From contig DATCDQ010000008.1 of the NCBI GenBank assembly GCA_036510655.1, positions 5,101 to 69,100 on the forward strand: DNA of 64,000 nucleotides, read 5' to 3'. The notes below the pieces were generated by a model that saw only the letters and a list, made by a program, of their open reading frames with translations, was not told the origin of the DNA and made no database searches. The first letter of the stretch is position 1. Each line of letters starts with the position of its first letter. Shown in pieces: positions 28,494-38,092 of this stretch. A program made the translations under genes and the position numbers. The stretch is from Microbacteriaceae bacterium (GTDB taxonomy: Bacteria; Actinomycetota; Actinomycetes; Actinomycetales; Microbacteriaceae).

Positions 28494-29483
28494 CTATCCG
28501 CGTGCTTTCGCGAGCAGTTCCTCACGCGGGTTTTCGGCGGGAATCTTCGCTTCGAATGCCTTGAGTGCTTCTTCCGCTTCCTTTGACAAATGAGACGGAA
28601 CGGCCACTTGAACGATGGCGAGCAGGTCGCCTGTGCCCTTGTCCGTGACGACGCCGCGACCCTTGACCCGCAAGATCCGGCCACTCGGAGTGCCGGCAGA
28701 GACTCGCAGTTTTACAGGGTTGCCGCCCAGAGTCGGCACCTCGATCGTCGCGCCGAGGGCTGCCTCTGCGAAGGTCACTGGTACGGTGACGCGCAGATTC
28801 AACCCGTCCCGCTCGAACACCGGATGTTTGCGCACCGTGACAGTCAACACCATGTCGCCGGGCGTTCCGCCATCGAGCGAACGGTGACCCTTGCCGCGCA
28901 GCTTGATCTTCTGCTTGTCCGCAACACCGGCGGGAATCTTCACCTTGATCGGTTTGCCATCCGCCGCCTGCAGGGTGATGGTCTCGCCCCTGGTCGCGGT
29001 GATGAAATCGATGGTGGTCGTCGCTGTGACATCCTGCCCGCGGGTCGGGCCGCCGTAACCGCGGTAGCCGCCGCTGGTCTGCCCGAATCGGCCGCTCCCG
29101 AACAATCCGCCGAGCAGGTCGTCGTATTCGCCGCCGCCCTGTTGGAATGTATAGTTCTGACCGCGCGAGCCGCCGAACATGCCGCCGAAGACATCCTCGA
29201 AGCCGCCATTGCTGCCGCCGGCGCCCGGGGCTGTGAAGCGAGCGCCGGAACCCATCGCGCGAATCTGGTCGTACTCTTTGCGTTGCTCGGGATCCGAGAG
29301 CACGGAGTGCGCCTCGCTGATCTCCTTGAACTTGTTCTCTGCTGCGGCGTCGCCCGGATTGGAATCCGGGTGATATTTGCGCGCCAGCTTGCGATACGTC
29401 TTCTTCAGCTCTGCGGGCGTCACGTCTTTGGAGACGCCGAGCACCTTGTAGAAGTCCTTGTCGAACCAGTCTTGACTAGCCAC
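28494..29483 (-). CDS. dnaJ: J-domain co-chaperone DnaJ (class B type, no zinc-finger CxxCxGxG repeats)
   Basis: J domain DFYKVLGVSKDVTPAELKKTYRKLARKYHPDSNPGD, then a G/F-rich region. 329 aa. Confidence 0.9.
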   Translation of the reverse strand: MASQDWFDKDFYKVLGVSKDVTPAELKKTYRKLARKYHPDSNPGDAAAENKFKEISEAHSVLSDPEQRKEYDQIRAMGSGARFTAPGAGGSNGGFEDVFGGMFGGSRGQNYTFQQGGGEYDDLLGGLFGSGRFGQTSGGYRGYGGPTRGQDVTATTTIDFITATRGETITLQAADGKPIKVKIPAGVADKQKIKLRGKGHRSLDGGTPGDMVLTVTVRKHPVFERDGLNLRVTVPVTFAEAALGATIEVPTLGGNPVKLRVSAGTPSGRILRVKGRGVVTDKGTGDLLAIVQVAVPSHLSKEAEEALKAFEAKIPAENPREELLAKARG

Positions 29484-29506
29484 GGCGCCTCCTTTCTGAG
29501 ATTGGT

Positions 29507-29614
29507 GGTCGAGTAGCGAGGAGCAAGCGTATCGAGACCCGTATCGAGACCCCGGAATTGTTGCCTCCGGGGGTCTCGATACGGCTGCTCGCTATGCTCG
29601 CGGCCTACTCGACC
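29507..29614. repeat. Family-A REP-like inverted pair inside the dnaK operon (29507-29540, 29569-29614; extra half-site at 29541-29553)
   Basis: GGTCGAGTAGCGAGGAGCAAGCGTATCGAGACCC ... GGGGGTCTCGATACGGCTGCTCGCTATGCTCGCGGCCTACTCGACC. Confidence 0.9.
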
Positions 29615-29634
29615 AGCGAGACCAACGACTGCTA

Positions 29635-30303
29635 TTACTCCGGCACCGCCACGACGACCTTCGCCGCACGAACGAGCGTTGATCCCAGTTTGTACCCGGT
29701 CTCGACGACGTCGGCAATCGTGTCCACCTCGACTCCAGGAGTCGGCTGCTGGAAGATCGCTTCGTGCAGGTTGTGGTCGAACGGCTCGCCGGCGGTGCCG
29801 AATGGCGCCAGCCCGAGCTTCTCGGCCACACCGCGCAGCTTCGCGGCAATGGTCGCGAACGCGCTTTCGCCCTCGAGATCACCGTGTTTTTCAGCACGGT
29901 CGAGGTCGTCGAGCACGGGCAGCAGAGCCTTCGCAGTCTCGGCAACCGAGCGCTCCCGCTCGACCTCACGACCGGTCTCCGTGCGCTTGCGATAGTTGGC
30001 ATACTCCGCGGTCACCCGCTGCAGATCGGCGAGCCGTTCTGCAGCGAGCTCCTCAGCGGTTGCCTGGCCGGAGAGAAAGTCGAGGTCGGCATCCGAGAGC
30101 GACGTCTCGACATCCGGTCCCTCGTAGCCCTCGCCGGTATCTACGACCTGCTCGTGCTCGAGATCCGACGCGGCATCCGCGGATGCGGCATCCGGAGATG
30201 CGGCATCCGGAGACGGACGAACCTTCCCTGTCTCGGGGTCGATGCGTCGCTTGTCGTGAACGACCGGTTCCTCGTTTTCGTTGGATTCGTCTCGCTTCGC
30301 CAT
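29635..30303 (-). CDS. grpE: Nucleotide exchange factor GrpE
   Basis: 222 aa, RVTAEYANYRKRTE...VLDDLDRA...GEPFDHNLHEAI, the GrpE signature. Confidence 0.9.
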   Translation of the reverse strand: MAKRDESNENEEPVVHDKRRIDPETGKVRPSPDAASPDAASADAASDLEHEQVVDTGEGYEGPDVETSLSDADLDFLSGQATAEELAAERLADLQRVTAEYANYRKRTETGREVERERSVAETAKALLPVLDDLDRAEKHGDLEGESAFATIAAKLRGVAEKLGLAPFGTAGEPFDHNLHEAIFQQPTPGVEVDTIADVVETGYKLGSTLVRAAKVVVAVPE

Positions 30304-30305
30304 GG

Positions 30306-32183
30306 CTACTTCGCGCCCTCTTCGTCATCCACGACCTCGGCGTCGACGACATCCTCATCGGATGCCGCGTCACCGGATGCCTCGCCCTCGGGTGCAGCGC
30401 CATCAGCACTTGCTGACTTCGCGGCATCCGCCTGAGCAGAAGCATAGATCGCTTCGCCGAGCTTGCCTTGGCTGGCGGTCAGCTTGTCGAACGCGGTCTT
30501 CACCGCGCCATCGTCGTCGCCCGCGAGCGCACTCTTCAGACCATCGACATCGCCTTGCACCTCGTTCTTGACGTCCTCGGGCAGCTTGTCGGTGTTGTCC
30601 TTGATGAGCTTGTCGATCGAGTAGGCCAGCTGTTCTGCGCTGTTGCGTGTCTCAGCCGACTCGCGGCGCTTCTTGTCCTCTGCCGCGTTCTCCTCGGCCT
30701 CGCGAACCATGCGCTCGATGTCTTCCTTCGGCAGCGAGGAGCCGCCGGTGATCGTCATCGACTGCTCCTTGCCGGTGCCCTTGTCCTTGGCGGACACGTG
30801 CACGATCCCGTTCGCGTCGATGTCGAACGTGACCTCGACCTGCGGGATGCCGCGGGGCGCCGGGGCAATCCCGGTCAGCTCGAACGTGCCGAGCGGCTTG
30901 TTGTCTCGGGTGAACTCGCGCTCGCCCTGGAAGACCTGGATCGCGACGGACGGCTGATTGTCATCCGCAGTGGTGAATGTTTCGCTGCGCTTGGTCGGGA
31001 TCGCCGTGTTGCGGTCGATCAGGCGCGTCATGATGCCGCCCTTGGTTTCGATGCCGAGCGACAGCGGGGTGACGTCGATGAGCAGAACGTCCTTGCGCTC
31101 ACCGCGCAGAACGCCGGCCTGCAGTGCGGCGCCGACGGCGACGACCTCATCCGGGTTCACGCCCTTGTTCGGGTCCTTGCCGCCGGTCTCCTGCTTGACC
31201 AGCTCGGAGACCGCGGGCATGCGGGTCGAGCCGCCGACCAGAACGACGTGGGCGATGTCACTGACCTTGATGCCGGCTTCCTTGATCACGTCTTGGAACG
31301 GCTTCTTGGTGCGGTCGATCAGATCGCTGGTCATCTGCTCGAACTGGGCGCGCGACAGCGTTTCGTCGAGGTTGGCCGGGCCGTTCTCGGTCAGCGACAG
31401 GTAGGGCAGCTGGATGCTCGTCGACATACTCGACGACAGCTCCTTCTTCGCCTGCTCGGCGGCTTCCTTCAGGCGCTGCTTGGCGATCTTGTCGTTGGAG
31501 ACGTCGACACCGGTGGTGTCCTTGAACTTCTTGATCAGCCACTCGACGATGCGCTGGTCCCAGTCGTCGCCACCGAGACGGTTGTCACCGGCGGTCGAAC
31601 GCACCTGGATAGTCGAGAAGTCGTCGTCCTTGCCCACCTCAAGCAGGGAGACGTCGAACGTTCCGCCACCGAGGTCGAACACCAGGATGAGCTCGTCTTC
31701 CTTGCCCTTGTCCAGCCCGTAGGCCAGCGCGGCAGCGGTCGGCTCGTTGATGATGCGCAGCACGTTGAGGCCCGCGATCTCGCCGGCTTCCTTTGTGGCC
31801 TGACGCTCGGCGTCGTTGAAGTACGCGGGAACGGTGATGACGGCATCCGTCACGGTGTCGCCGAGGTACTGCTCTGCATCTCGCTTGAGCTTGCTCAGGA
31901 TGCGCGCGGAGATCTCCTGCGCCGTGTACTTCTTGCCGTCGATGTCCGCCTTCCAGTCCGTGCCCATGTGGCGCTTGACGGATGCGATCGTGTGGTCGAC
32001 GTTCGTGACGGCCTGACGCTTGGCGGTTTCACCGACCAGCACTTCGCCGTCCTTCGTGAAGGCGACGACCGACGGGGTCGTGCGGAAGCCCTCCGCATTG
32101 GCGATGACGGTCGGCTCACCGCCCTCGAGGACTGAGACCACCGAGTTGGTCGTTCCCAGGTCGATTCCTACTGCTCGTGACAT
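30306..32183 (-). CDS. dnaK: Molecular chaperone DnaK (Hsp70)
   Basis: [16 protein letters not shown]..., [13 protein letters not shown], 625 aa. Confidence 0.98.
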   Translation of the reverse strand: MSRAVGIDLGTTNSVVSVLEGGEPTVIANAEGFRTTPSVVAFTKDGEVLVGETAKRQAVTNVDHTIASVKRHMGTDWKADIDGKKYTAQEISARILSKLKRDAEQYLGDTVTDAVITVPAYFNDAERQATKEAGEIAGLNVLRIINEPTAAALAYGLDKGKEDELILVFDLGGGTFDVSLLEVGKDDDFSTIQVRSTAGDNRLGGDDWDQRIVEWLIKKFKDTTGVDVSNDKIAKQRLKEAAEQAKKELSSSMSTSIQLPYLSLTENGPANLDETLSRAQFEQMTSDLIDRTKKPFQDVIKEAGIKVSDIAHVVLVGGSTRMPAVSELVKQETGGKDPNKGVNPDEVVAVGAALQAGVLRGERKDVLLIDVTPLSLGIETKGGIMTRLIDRNTAIPTKRSETFTTADDNQPSVAIQVFQGEREFTRDNKPLGTFELTGIAPAPRGIPQVEVTFDIDANGIVHVSAKDKGTGKEQSMTITGGSSLPKEDIERMVREAEENAAEDKKRRESAETRNSAEQLAYSIDKLIKDNTDKLPEDVKNEVQGDVDGLKSALAGDDDGAVKTAFDKLTASQGKLGEAIYASAQADAAKSASADGAAPEGEASGDAASDEDVVDAEVVDDEEGAK

Positions 32184-32254
32184 AGTTGTTACCTTTCTGC
32201 GGGCCTTCGCCCTGACATGTTCTACGCTGACGTGATCAAAGCCTGAATGTGAGA

Positions 32255-32275
32255 GTTGAGTCTCACTGGCTCAAG
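32255..32275. promoter_or_regulatory. HAIR (HspR-associated inverted repeat) operator 1
   Basis: GTTGAGT-CTCACTG-GCTCAAG, compared with the consensus CTTGAGT-N7-ACTCAAG. Lies upstream of dnaK. Confidence 0.75.
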
Positions 32276-32316
32276 TTTATCAACCGTGGATGCTGTGTCA
32301 AGTTGAAATCACGGAA

Positions 32317-32337
32317 CTTGAGTTTACCTGTGTCAAG
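32317..32337. promoter_or_regulatory. HAIR operator 2
   Basis: CTTGAGT-TTACCTG-TGTCAAG upstream of dnaK. Confidence 0.7.
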
Positions 32338-32393
32338 TTTACGGATTTGCTGGGGTGCCAGCCCGAGTTGGGGCAAGTGCTACAATGTAGAAC

Positions 32394-32669
32394 ATGACTG
32401 AGGTCGGGATTCGCGCACTCAAGCAGAACGCATCCGCGGTCGTCGCCCGGGCGAGCGCGGGCGAGACCATCACGATTACCGATAGGGGCCGACCGGTCGC
32501 CGCGTTGTCTGCGATTCCGTCATCTCGACTGCAGCAACTCGTCAGCTCGGGGCGCGCGCGCCTTCCTCGGATCAGTATCGATCAGCTGCCTGCTCCCCGG
32601 CCGATGTCACCATCGAGCACGAGCCTCTCCGATGAGCTGACAGCGATGCGAAGCGAGGAGCGGTACTGA
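32394..32669 (+). CDS. Type II antitoxin, Phd/YefM family
   Basis: MTEVGIRALKQNASAVVARASAGETITITDRGRPVAAL. A TACAAT -10 box lies 7 nt before the ATG, which suggests a leaderless transcript. Confidence 0.8.
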   Translation: MTEVGIRALKQNASAVVARASAGETITITDRGRPVAALSAIPSSRLQQLVSSGRARLPRISIDQLPAPRPMSPSSTSLSDELTAMRSEERY

Positions 32670-32671
32670 GC

Positions 32672-33064
32672 GTGGCGTACTATTTCGACACGTCGGCACT
32701 CGTCAAGCTCGTCGTAGCCGAGCCTGAGACCGCGGCCTTGCGTGAGTGGCTCGGGTCTGCAGATCGCGGTGCGATCTCGTGCGATTTGGCTCGCACTGAG
32801 CTGTTGCGAGCGGTTCGCCGCGCTGCGCCCGATCGGGTGACGCAAGCGCGAACGGTCATTGCATCGATCACGCTGCTCGAGGTCACCACTGCGATCTTCG
32901 AGGAGGCAAGTCGCCTCGACCCAGCCATCTTGCGCTCCCTCGACGCCATCCATCTCGCGGCTGCGCTTGCACTCGGAGACGATCTCGACGGATTCGTCAC
33001 CTACGACGACAGGCTCGCGCAGGCGGCCGCGGCCAACGGCATCCAGGTGATCAGACCGGCCTGA
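32672..33064 (+). CDS. vapC: Type II toxin VapC (PIN domain ribonuclease)
   Basis: YYFDTSALVKLVVAE...LRSLDAIHLAAAL...VTYDDRL, carrying the PIN acidic residues. Confidence 0.85.
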   Translation: MAYYFDTSALVKLVVAEPETAALREWLGSADRGAISCDLARTELLRAVRRAAPDRVTQARTVIASITLLEVTTAIFEEASRLDPAILRSLDAIHLAAALALGDDLDGFVTYDDRLAQAAAANGIQVIRPA

Positions 33065-33124
33065 GCTCGTTCTGCTCGCACAACGACCACGGGCAGCCCG
33101 CGTTCGCGCCGGAGAATAGGGTAC

Positions 33125-33285
33125 TCATTTTTGCTATTTCAGATCCGCCCTATATAAAGCAGAGCTGAAATAGCGAAAACGGACACGCACTTTGCCGGGC
33201 GAGACCGCTTCGCCCGCTGCCCTTCGACAAGCTCAGGAACCGCGCTGTAGCCGAAGCGCCAGCCCGCAGCGCCGAACGAACACGC
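33125..33285. repeat. Composite ~160-bp dispersed repeat with an AT-rich core, inverted copy of 53424-53632
   Basis: The reverse complement aligns by eye to 53424-53632: GGCTGGCGCTTCGGCT, CCTGAGCTTGTCGAAGGGCAG, CAAAGTGC, GTTTTCGCT, TTATATAGGGCGGATCTGAAATA. Confidence 0.85.
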
Positions 33286-33355
33286 GGTACACAGTTGCCC
33301 TTCGGCTACGCCCAGGGCGCGGGCAGACCTCGGTCACCTGCCTGCATCCTCGCCC

Positions 33356-34432
33356 CTACGGCACTCGATACAGCCACTCGTCCGTAGCGAACTTTTCGTT
33401 GACCAGCCGCTCCGCCCGTGCCAGCTCCTCGCTCGACACTTCGCTCGCACTCAACCCATACAACCCACGGAAGGTGTCTTCCATGCGCACCATGATCGCC
33501 TCGCGGGACATGCCGGTCTGGCTGCGCAGCGGATCGACGCGCTTCTTCGCACTGGTCGTGCCCTTGTCGCTCAACTTCTCCCGACCGATGCGCAGCACCT
33601 GCGTCATCTTGTCGGCATCCATGTCGTAGCTCATCGTCACGTGGTGCAGCAGCGCACCGCTGCCGAGCCGTTTTTGCGCGGCGCCACCGATCTTGCCGAG
33701 CGGCGAGGTGATGTCGTTGATCGGCTTGTACGACGCGTCGATTCCGACCGAACGCAGCGCCGTCAGAACCCAGTCGTCGAGGAACGCGTATGAGTCACCG
33801 AACGACATCCCGTTCACCAGTGCGATCGGCGCGTACAGCGAATAGGTGATGAACGAACCGGGCTCGACGAACATGGCACCGCCGCCGGTGATGCGCCGAA
33901 CGAGCTGCACGCCGTAACGCGCGGCCGCAGCCAGGTCGACTTCGTTCTTCACCGACTGGAAGCTGCCGATGATCACCGCCGGCTCCGAACGCTCCCAGAA
34001 TCGCAGTGTCGGCCTGCGCCGGCCGGCCGCAACCTCCTCGGTCAGCACCTGGTCCAGAGCCATCTGCAGCTGCTCGGGGTAGGCCGGGCCGTGGATCAAC
34101 TGCCAGTCATAATCCGCCCACGTGCTCGCCTTAGACAGTGCCCGCCTGACCGCGACGGCCACACCATCCGAGGTGAGGCCGAGCATCGTCACGTCACTGG
34201 GCACCGCACGATCGATCGCTTCAGCCAGAGCGGATGCCGCGGTGTCCGCCCGCAGACCGGTCAGCGCCGCATTGATGGCGTCGAGCGCGTCGTCTGGTTC
34301 GAGAAAGAAGTCTCCAGACACGTGGACGTTCGCCAGAACGTCGCCAACCACGTCGAAGTCGACGACCACGAGTTTGCCGCCGGGGATCTTGTATTCGCTG
34401 TGCACACATCCAGCGTTGCAGATTTGCGGCAC
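33356..34432 (-). CDS. lplA: Lipoate-protein ligase, circularly permuted domain order
   Basis: The catalytic domain (RFWERSEPAVIIGSFQS, GKIGGAAQKR) is preceded rather than followed by the accessory LplA C-terminal-type domain (KLVVVDFDVVGDVLANVHVSGDFFLEPDDAL). Confidence 0.75.
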   Translation of the reverse strand: MPQICNAGCVHSEYKIPGGKLVVVDFDVVGDVLANVHVSGDFFLEPDDALDAINAALTGLRADTAASALAEAIDRAVPSDVTMLGLTSDGVAVAVRRALSKASTWADYDWQLIHGPAYPEQLQMALDQVLTEEVAAGRRRPTLRFWERSEPAVIIGSFQSVKNEVDLAAAARYGVQLVRRITGGGAMFVEPGSFITYSLYAPIALVNGMSFGDSYAFLDDWVLTALRSVGIDASYKPINDITSPLGKIGGAAQKRLGSGALLHHVTMSYDMDADKMTQVLRIGREKLSDKGTTSAKKRVDPLRSQTGMSREAIMVRMEDTFRGLYGLSASEVSSEELARAERLVNEKFATDEWLYRVP

Positions 34433-34454
34433 ATTGGCTGGCGTGCGTCGATGC

Positions 34455-34498
34455 GGGTCTCGATACGCCTGCTCGCTACGCTCGCGGGCTACTCGACC
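34455..34498. repeat. Family-A REP-like element
   Basis: GGGTCTCGATACGCCTGCTCGCTACGCTCGCGGGCTACTCGACC, between the lplA start and the beta-glucosidase stop. Confidence 0.9.
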
Positions 34499-34508
34499 AC
34501 CGGACGCC

Positions 34509-35876
34509 CTACTTGTACGCCTGAATCACGTCGCGATACCAGCGATACGAATCCTTCGGCGTACGTTTCTGCGTCTCGAAGTCCACGTGCACGAGTCCGA
34601 AACGCTGGGAGTAACCAACCGCCCACTCGAAGTTGTCCAGCAGCGACCAGTGGAAATAGCCGCGCACATCCACGCCGGCGGCGATCGCATCCGCCACCGC
34701 ACCGAGGTGCGCCTCGGTGTAGGCGATCCGCCGGTTGTCGTGCACCGCGCCATCGGCACCGGGTTTGAGGTTGATCGCGCATCCGTTCTCGGTGATGTAG
34801 ATCGTCAGCAGCGCGTCACCGTAGCGTTCCTTGAAGCCGGTGAGCAGTTCCGTGAACGCACTCGGCACGACCGGCCAGGCGAAGTCCGTGAGCGGGTAGC
34901 CCTTGATCTCGCGCACGCTGAACGGCAGCGTCGAGTCCAGCGCGTGCCCGTCAACCAGGCCGGCGGATGCCGCGCTCGGCGCCCCGACGAGCGTCGGGTT
35001 GTAGTAATTGACGCCGTACCAGTCGATGGGTGCGCTGATCTCGCGCAGGTCATCGCCAGCGTTCACCGGCAGCAGCGGCTCGAGCTCGGCCGGATACTGG
35101 CCGAGCAGAATCGGGTCGGCGAACATCCAGTTCGCGAGGTTGTCGTAGAGGCCGGCGGCGATCAGGTCCTCCTCGTGGTCGCTGGCCGGCCAGGTCGGCG
35201 CGTGGTTGTTGGCGATGCCGATATTGCCGACGCCGGCAGCCCGCAGCGCCGTCACCGCACGGCCGTGGCCGAGTAGCAAGTTGTGCGCGGCAGGCAGCGC
35301 CTCGAGGCCGAGCTTCTCGCCGGGCGCGTGAATGCCTGCCCCGTAGCCGAGCATCGTCAGCACGACCGGCTCGTTGATGGTGATCCAGCGCGGAATCCGG
35401 TCGGCGAAGTGCTCGCCCATCAGGTGTGCGTAGTCCGCGAACCGTTCGGTGATGTCTCGGTTCAGCCAACCGCCCTTCTCCTCCAGCTCCAACGGGGTGT
35501 CCCAGTGGAACAGCGTCGGCGACGGCTGAATGCCGGCGGTCAACAGCGCATCGACCAAGCGGTCGTAAAAGGCGAGCCCTTCCTGGTTGACCTGACCGCG
35601 ACCGGACGGCTGGATGCGCGACCACGAGAACGAGAACCGGTAGGCGTCGATGCCGAGCTCCTTCATCAATGCGACGTCTTCGGGGTAGCGGTGATAGTGA
35701 TCGCAGGCGACGTCGCCCGTGTCGCCGCCGTGCACGCGTCCCGGCTCGCGCACGAACGCATCCCAGCTGGATGGCCCTCGCCGGCCCTCCATGACGGCAC
35801 CCTCGATCTGATAGGCGGCCGTCGACACTCCCCAGAGGAAGTCCGATGGGAGGGCAAACGGGCGGTCGTTCGGCAT
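34509..35876 (-). CDS. GH1 beta-glucosidase
   Basis: FLWGVSTAAYQIEGA, TINEP (acid/base Glu) and ITENG (nucleophile Glu). The start at MPNDRPF has a GAAAGGA RBS. Confidence 0.92.
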   Translation of the reverse strand: MPNDRPFALPSDFLWGVSTAAYQIEGAVMEGRRGPSSWDAFVREPGRVHGGDTGDVACDHYHRYPEDVALMKELGIDAYRFSFSWSRIQPSGRGQVNQEGLAFYDRLVDALLTAGIQPSPTLFHWDTPLELEEKGGWLNRDITERFADYAHLMGEHFADRIPRWITINEPVVLTMLGYGAGIHAPGEKLGLEALPAAHNLLLGHGRAVTALRAAGVGNIGIANNHAPTWPASDHEEDLIAAGLYDNLANWMFADPILLGQYPAELEPLLPVNAGDDLREISAPIDWYGVNYYNPTLVGAPSAASAGLVDGHALDSTLPFSVREIKGYPLTDFAWPVVPSAFTELLTGFKERYGDALLTIYITENGCAINLKPGADGAVHDNRRIAYTEAHLGAVADAIAAGVDVRGYFHWSLLDNFEWAVGYSQRFGLVHVDFETQKRTPKDSYRWYRDVIQAYK

Positions 35877-36111
35877 GGGGGTCCTTTCATGCGTGCTGCT
35901 CAGTGTCAACGAGAAGGTCAGCGTCACCTAGCAAGTCAGTGTCTCACCCTCACGGCCCAATGCCGTGCCACCACTGGTGAGCGCGACCAGTTGCAAGGAG
36001 CGGTTGCAAGGAGATAGTCGAGTTTGAAGGATAGTTTTGGCCGAAGCGACCTTCTAACCGAACTATCTCCTTCAAACCTCGTGCGAACCCGACCACGGGG
36101 CGGGCGGAACC

Positions 36112-36633
36112 CTAATGCCGATTCAACCGCTCCCAGGCGTCGAGTGCCGCGTCCTCGTCGTAGATCGGGCGACCGCCGCGGGCGTCGCGGTAGGCGAGAA
36201 TCACGGCCGCCACCGACAGGATGGCACAGACCATGCCGGCCGGGTTCGTCACGCCGATCGCGATGCCCAGGCCCGGTTCATGCGCGCCACTGACGATGGT
36301 CTGCAGACCGGAGGGAGTCGCATCCGGCAACGTCAGCCCGCAGAGGATGCCGAATGCCCACGACGAGAGCAGGATCGCGATCGTCCAGCCGCGGGCCGCA
36401 TACCCTGCCCGCGCACCGCGGATCAGCGCGCGCCCGGCTGCCACCTGCAAGGCTGCGATGACGAGCCCGATGAAGAGATAAAGCGGGGTCAGGCTGCCCT
36501 CCACACCGAACGGAAATCGCCCGACCGCGATCCACGCCGCAACCAGCAATCCGCCGACGATGATCAGGATGCCGGGGGCCACCGAAACCGGCGTGCGCGG
36601 CTCGGCCGCGGCATCCGCCGTTTCTTCGCTCAT
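36112..36633 (-). CDS. Hypothetical integral membrane protein
   Basis: 4-5 predicted TM helices. No family recognised. The start was chosen at MSEETADAAAE. Confidence 0.5.
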   Translation of the reverse strand: MSEETADAAAEPRTPVSVAPGILIIVGGLLVAAWIAVGRFPFGVEGSLTPLYLFIGLVIAALQVAAGRALIRGARAGYAARGWTIAILLSSWAFGILCGLTLPDATPSGLQTIVSGAHEPGLGIAIGVTNPAGMVCAILSVAAVILAYRDARGGRPIYDEDAALDAWERLNRH

Positions 36634-36674
36634 AGTCCCACGATATCCGGGCGGCACGGCACTAACCTGAGTGC

Positions 36675-38033
36675 ATGACCGAGGAAAACGGCCCGATTCA
36701 CAACGACGTGGCCGGCATCAGCACGATGGTCGGCACGAGTGCCGCCGAGCGCATCCCGAAGCGCCGCATCCTGGCCTGGGGGCTGTGGGACTGGGGCTCG
36801 GCATCGTTCAACGCCGTCGCGACGACGTTCGTCTTCACGGTCTACCTGACCGGCAAGGCGTTCGGCGGCGACGCCGTCGTGTCGGCGCAGCTCGGCTGGG
36901 CGTTGGCGATCGCCGGTGTCGCTGTCGCCTTGCTCGCCCCGATCACCGGGCAACGCTCCGACCACGGCGGGCGCCGCAAGCTGTGGCTGGCGGTGAACAC
37001 GTATCTGGTGGTCATTGCGCTCGCGCTGATGTTCTTCGTCGAGGCAAAGCCGAGTTTCCTCCTGTTCGGCCTCGTTCTGATCGCGGCTGGCACGATCTTC
37101 TTCGAATTCGCCGGCGTCAATTACAACGCGATGCTCGCGCAGGTTTCCACGCCGCGCACGATCGGCAAGGTGAGCGGGTTCGGCTGGGGCATGGGCTACA
37201 TCGGCGGCATCGTGCTGCTGCTCATCGTCTACTTCGGGTTCATCCACCCGGACGTCGGCCTGTTCGGCGTCACCAGCGCGGACGGCTTGTCGGTGCGCGT
37301 TTCGATGCTCATCGCCGCCGCCTGGTTCGGCCTGTTCGCGCTGCCCGTGCTCTTTTCGGTTCCCGGCAACCGGGCGATGACGGATGCCGCGGCCAAGCGG
37401 GTCAGCTTCTTCCGCTCCTACGCGATCCTCGGCCACGACATCGCGCGCCTCTGGCGCACTAGCCGGCACACCGTGTATTTTCTGATTGCCAGCGCGATCT
37501 TCCGTGATGGACTCACCGGCGTCTTCACCTTCGGCGGTGTGCTTGCTGCGGGCACATTCGGCTTCAAGCCTGCGGAGGTGATCATTTTCGCCATCGCCGC
37601 GAACGTGGTGGCCGGCATCTCGACCGTCGCGGTCGGGGCACTCGACGACCGGCTCGGCCCGAAGCCGGTGATCGTGACCGCCTTGATCGGTCTGGTGGTC
37701 TGCGGAACGCTGGTCTTCGTGCTGCATTCCGGTGGCCAAACCGTGTTCTGGATCTTCGGCTTAGCTCTGTGCCTGTTCGTCGGACCCGCGCAGTCAGCCA
37801 GTCGCTCATTCCTCGCGCGGCTGATCCCGAACGGCAGGGAGGGCGAGGTCTTCGGCCTGTATGCCACGACCGGGAAGGCGGCAACCGCACTGGCGCCCGC
37901 CGCCTTCGCCCTGTTCGTGACGATCGGCGGTGCTCAGTACTGGGGCATCCTCGGCATCGTGCTCGTGCTCGCGATCGGTCTCGGACTGCTCATCCCGGTG
38001 CGCGCGAAGCAGGAGCAGCTCGCCGACCGCTGA
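36675..38033 (+). CDS. MFS transporter (UMF1/Atg22-like)
   Basis: 452 aa, 12 predicted TM helices. N-terminal WGLWDWGSASFNAV is typical of the Atg22-like family. Confidence 0.75.
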   Translation: MTEENGPIHNDVAGISTMVGTSAAERIPKRRILAWGLWDWGSASFNAVATTFVFTVYLTGKAFGGDAVVSAQLGWALAIAGVAVALLAPITGQRSDHGGRRKLWLAVNTYLVVIALALMFFVEAKPSFLLFGLVLIAAGTIFFEFAGVNYNAMLAQVSTPRTIGKVSGFGWGMGYIGGIVLLLIVYFGFIHPDVGLFGVTSADGLSVRVSMLIAAAWFGLFALPVLFSVPGNRAMTDAAAKRVSFFRSYAILGHDIARLWRTSRHTVYFLIASAIFRDGLTGVFTFGGVLAAGTFGFKPAEVIIFAIAANVVAGISTVAVGALDDRLGPKPVIVTALIGLVVCGTLVFVLHSGGQTVFWIFGLALCLFVGPAQSASRSFLARLIPNGREGEVFGLYATTGKAATALAPAAFALFVTIGGAQYWGILGIVLVLAIGLGLLIPVRAKQEQLADR

Positions 38034-38092
38034 GCCGCAGCGCATTCGTAATTCTCACGCAGCGCACAAGGCTGTGCTTTAGGTTTGACGCC

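Noticed and set aside
36001-36085. The hairpin GTTTGAAGGATAGTT...AACTATCTCCTTCAAAC with duplicated TTGCAAGGAG boxes, between the membrane-protein gene and the beta-glucosidase gene, considered as a riboswitch or operator.
   Set aside because: I recognise no known riboswitch fold or regulator motif. It may be a terminator for the upstream gene or an operator for bgl, but the evidence is only a single imperfect inverted repeat.
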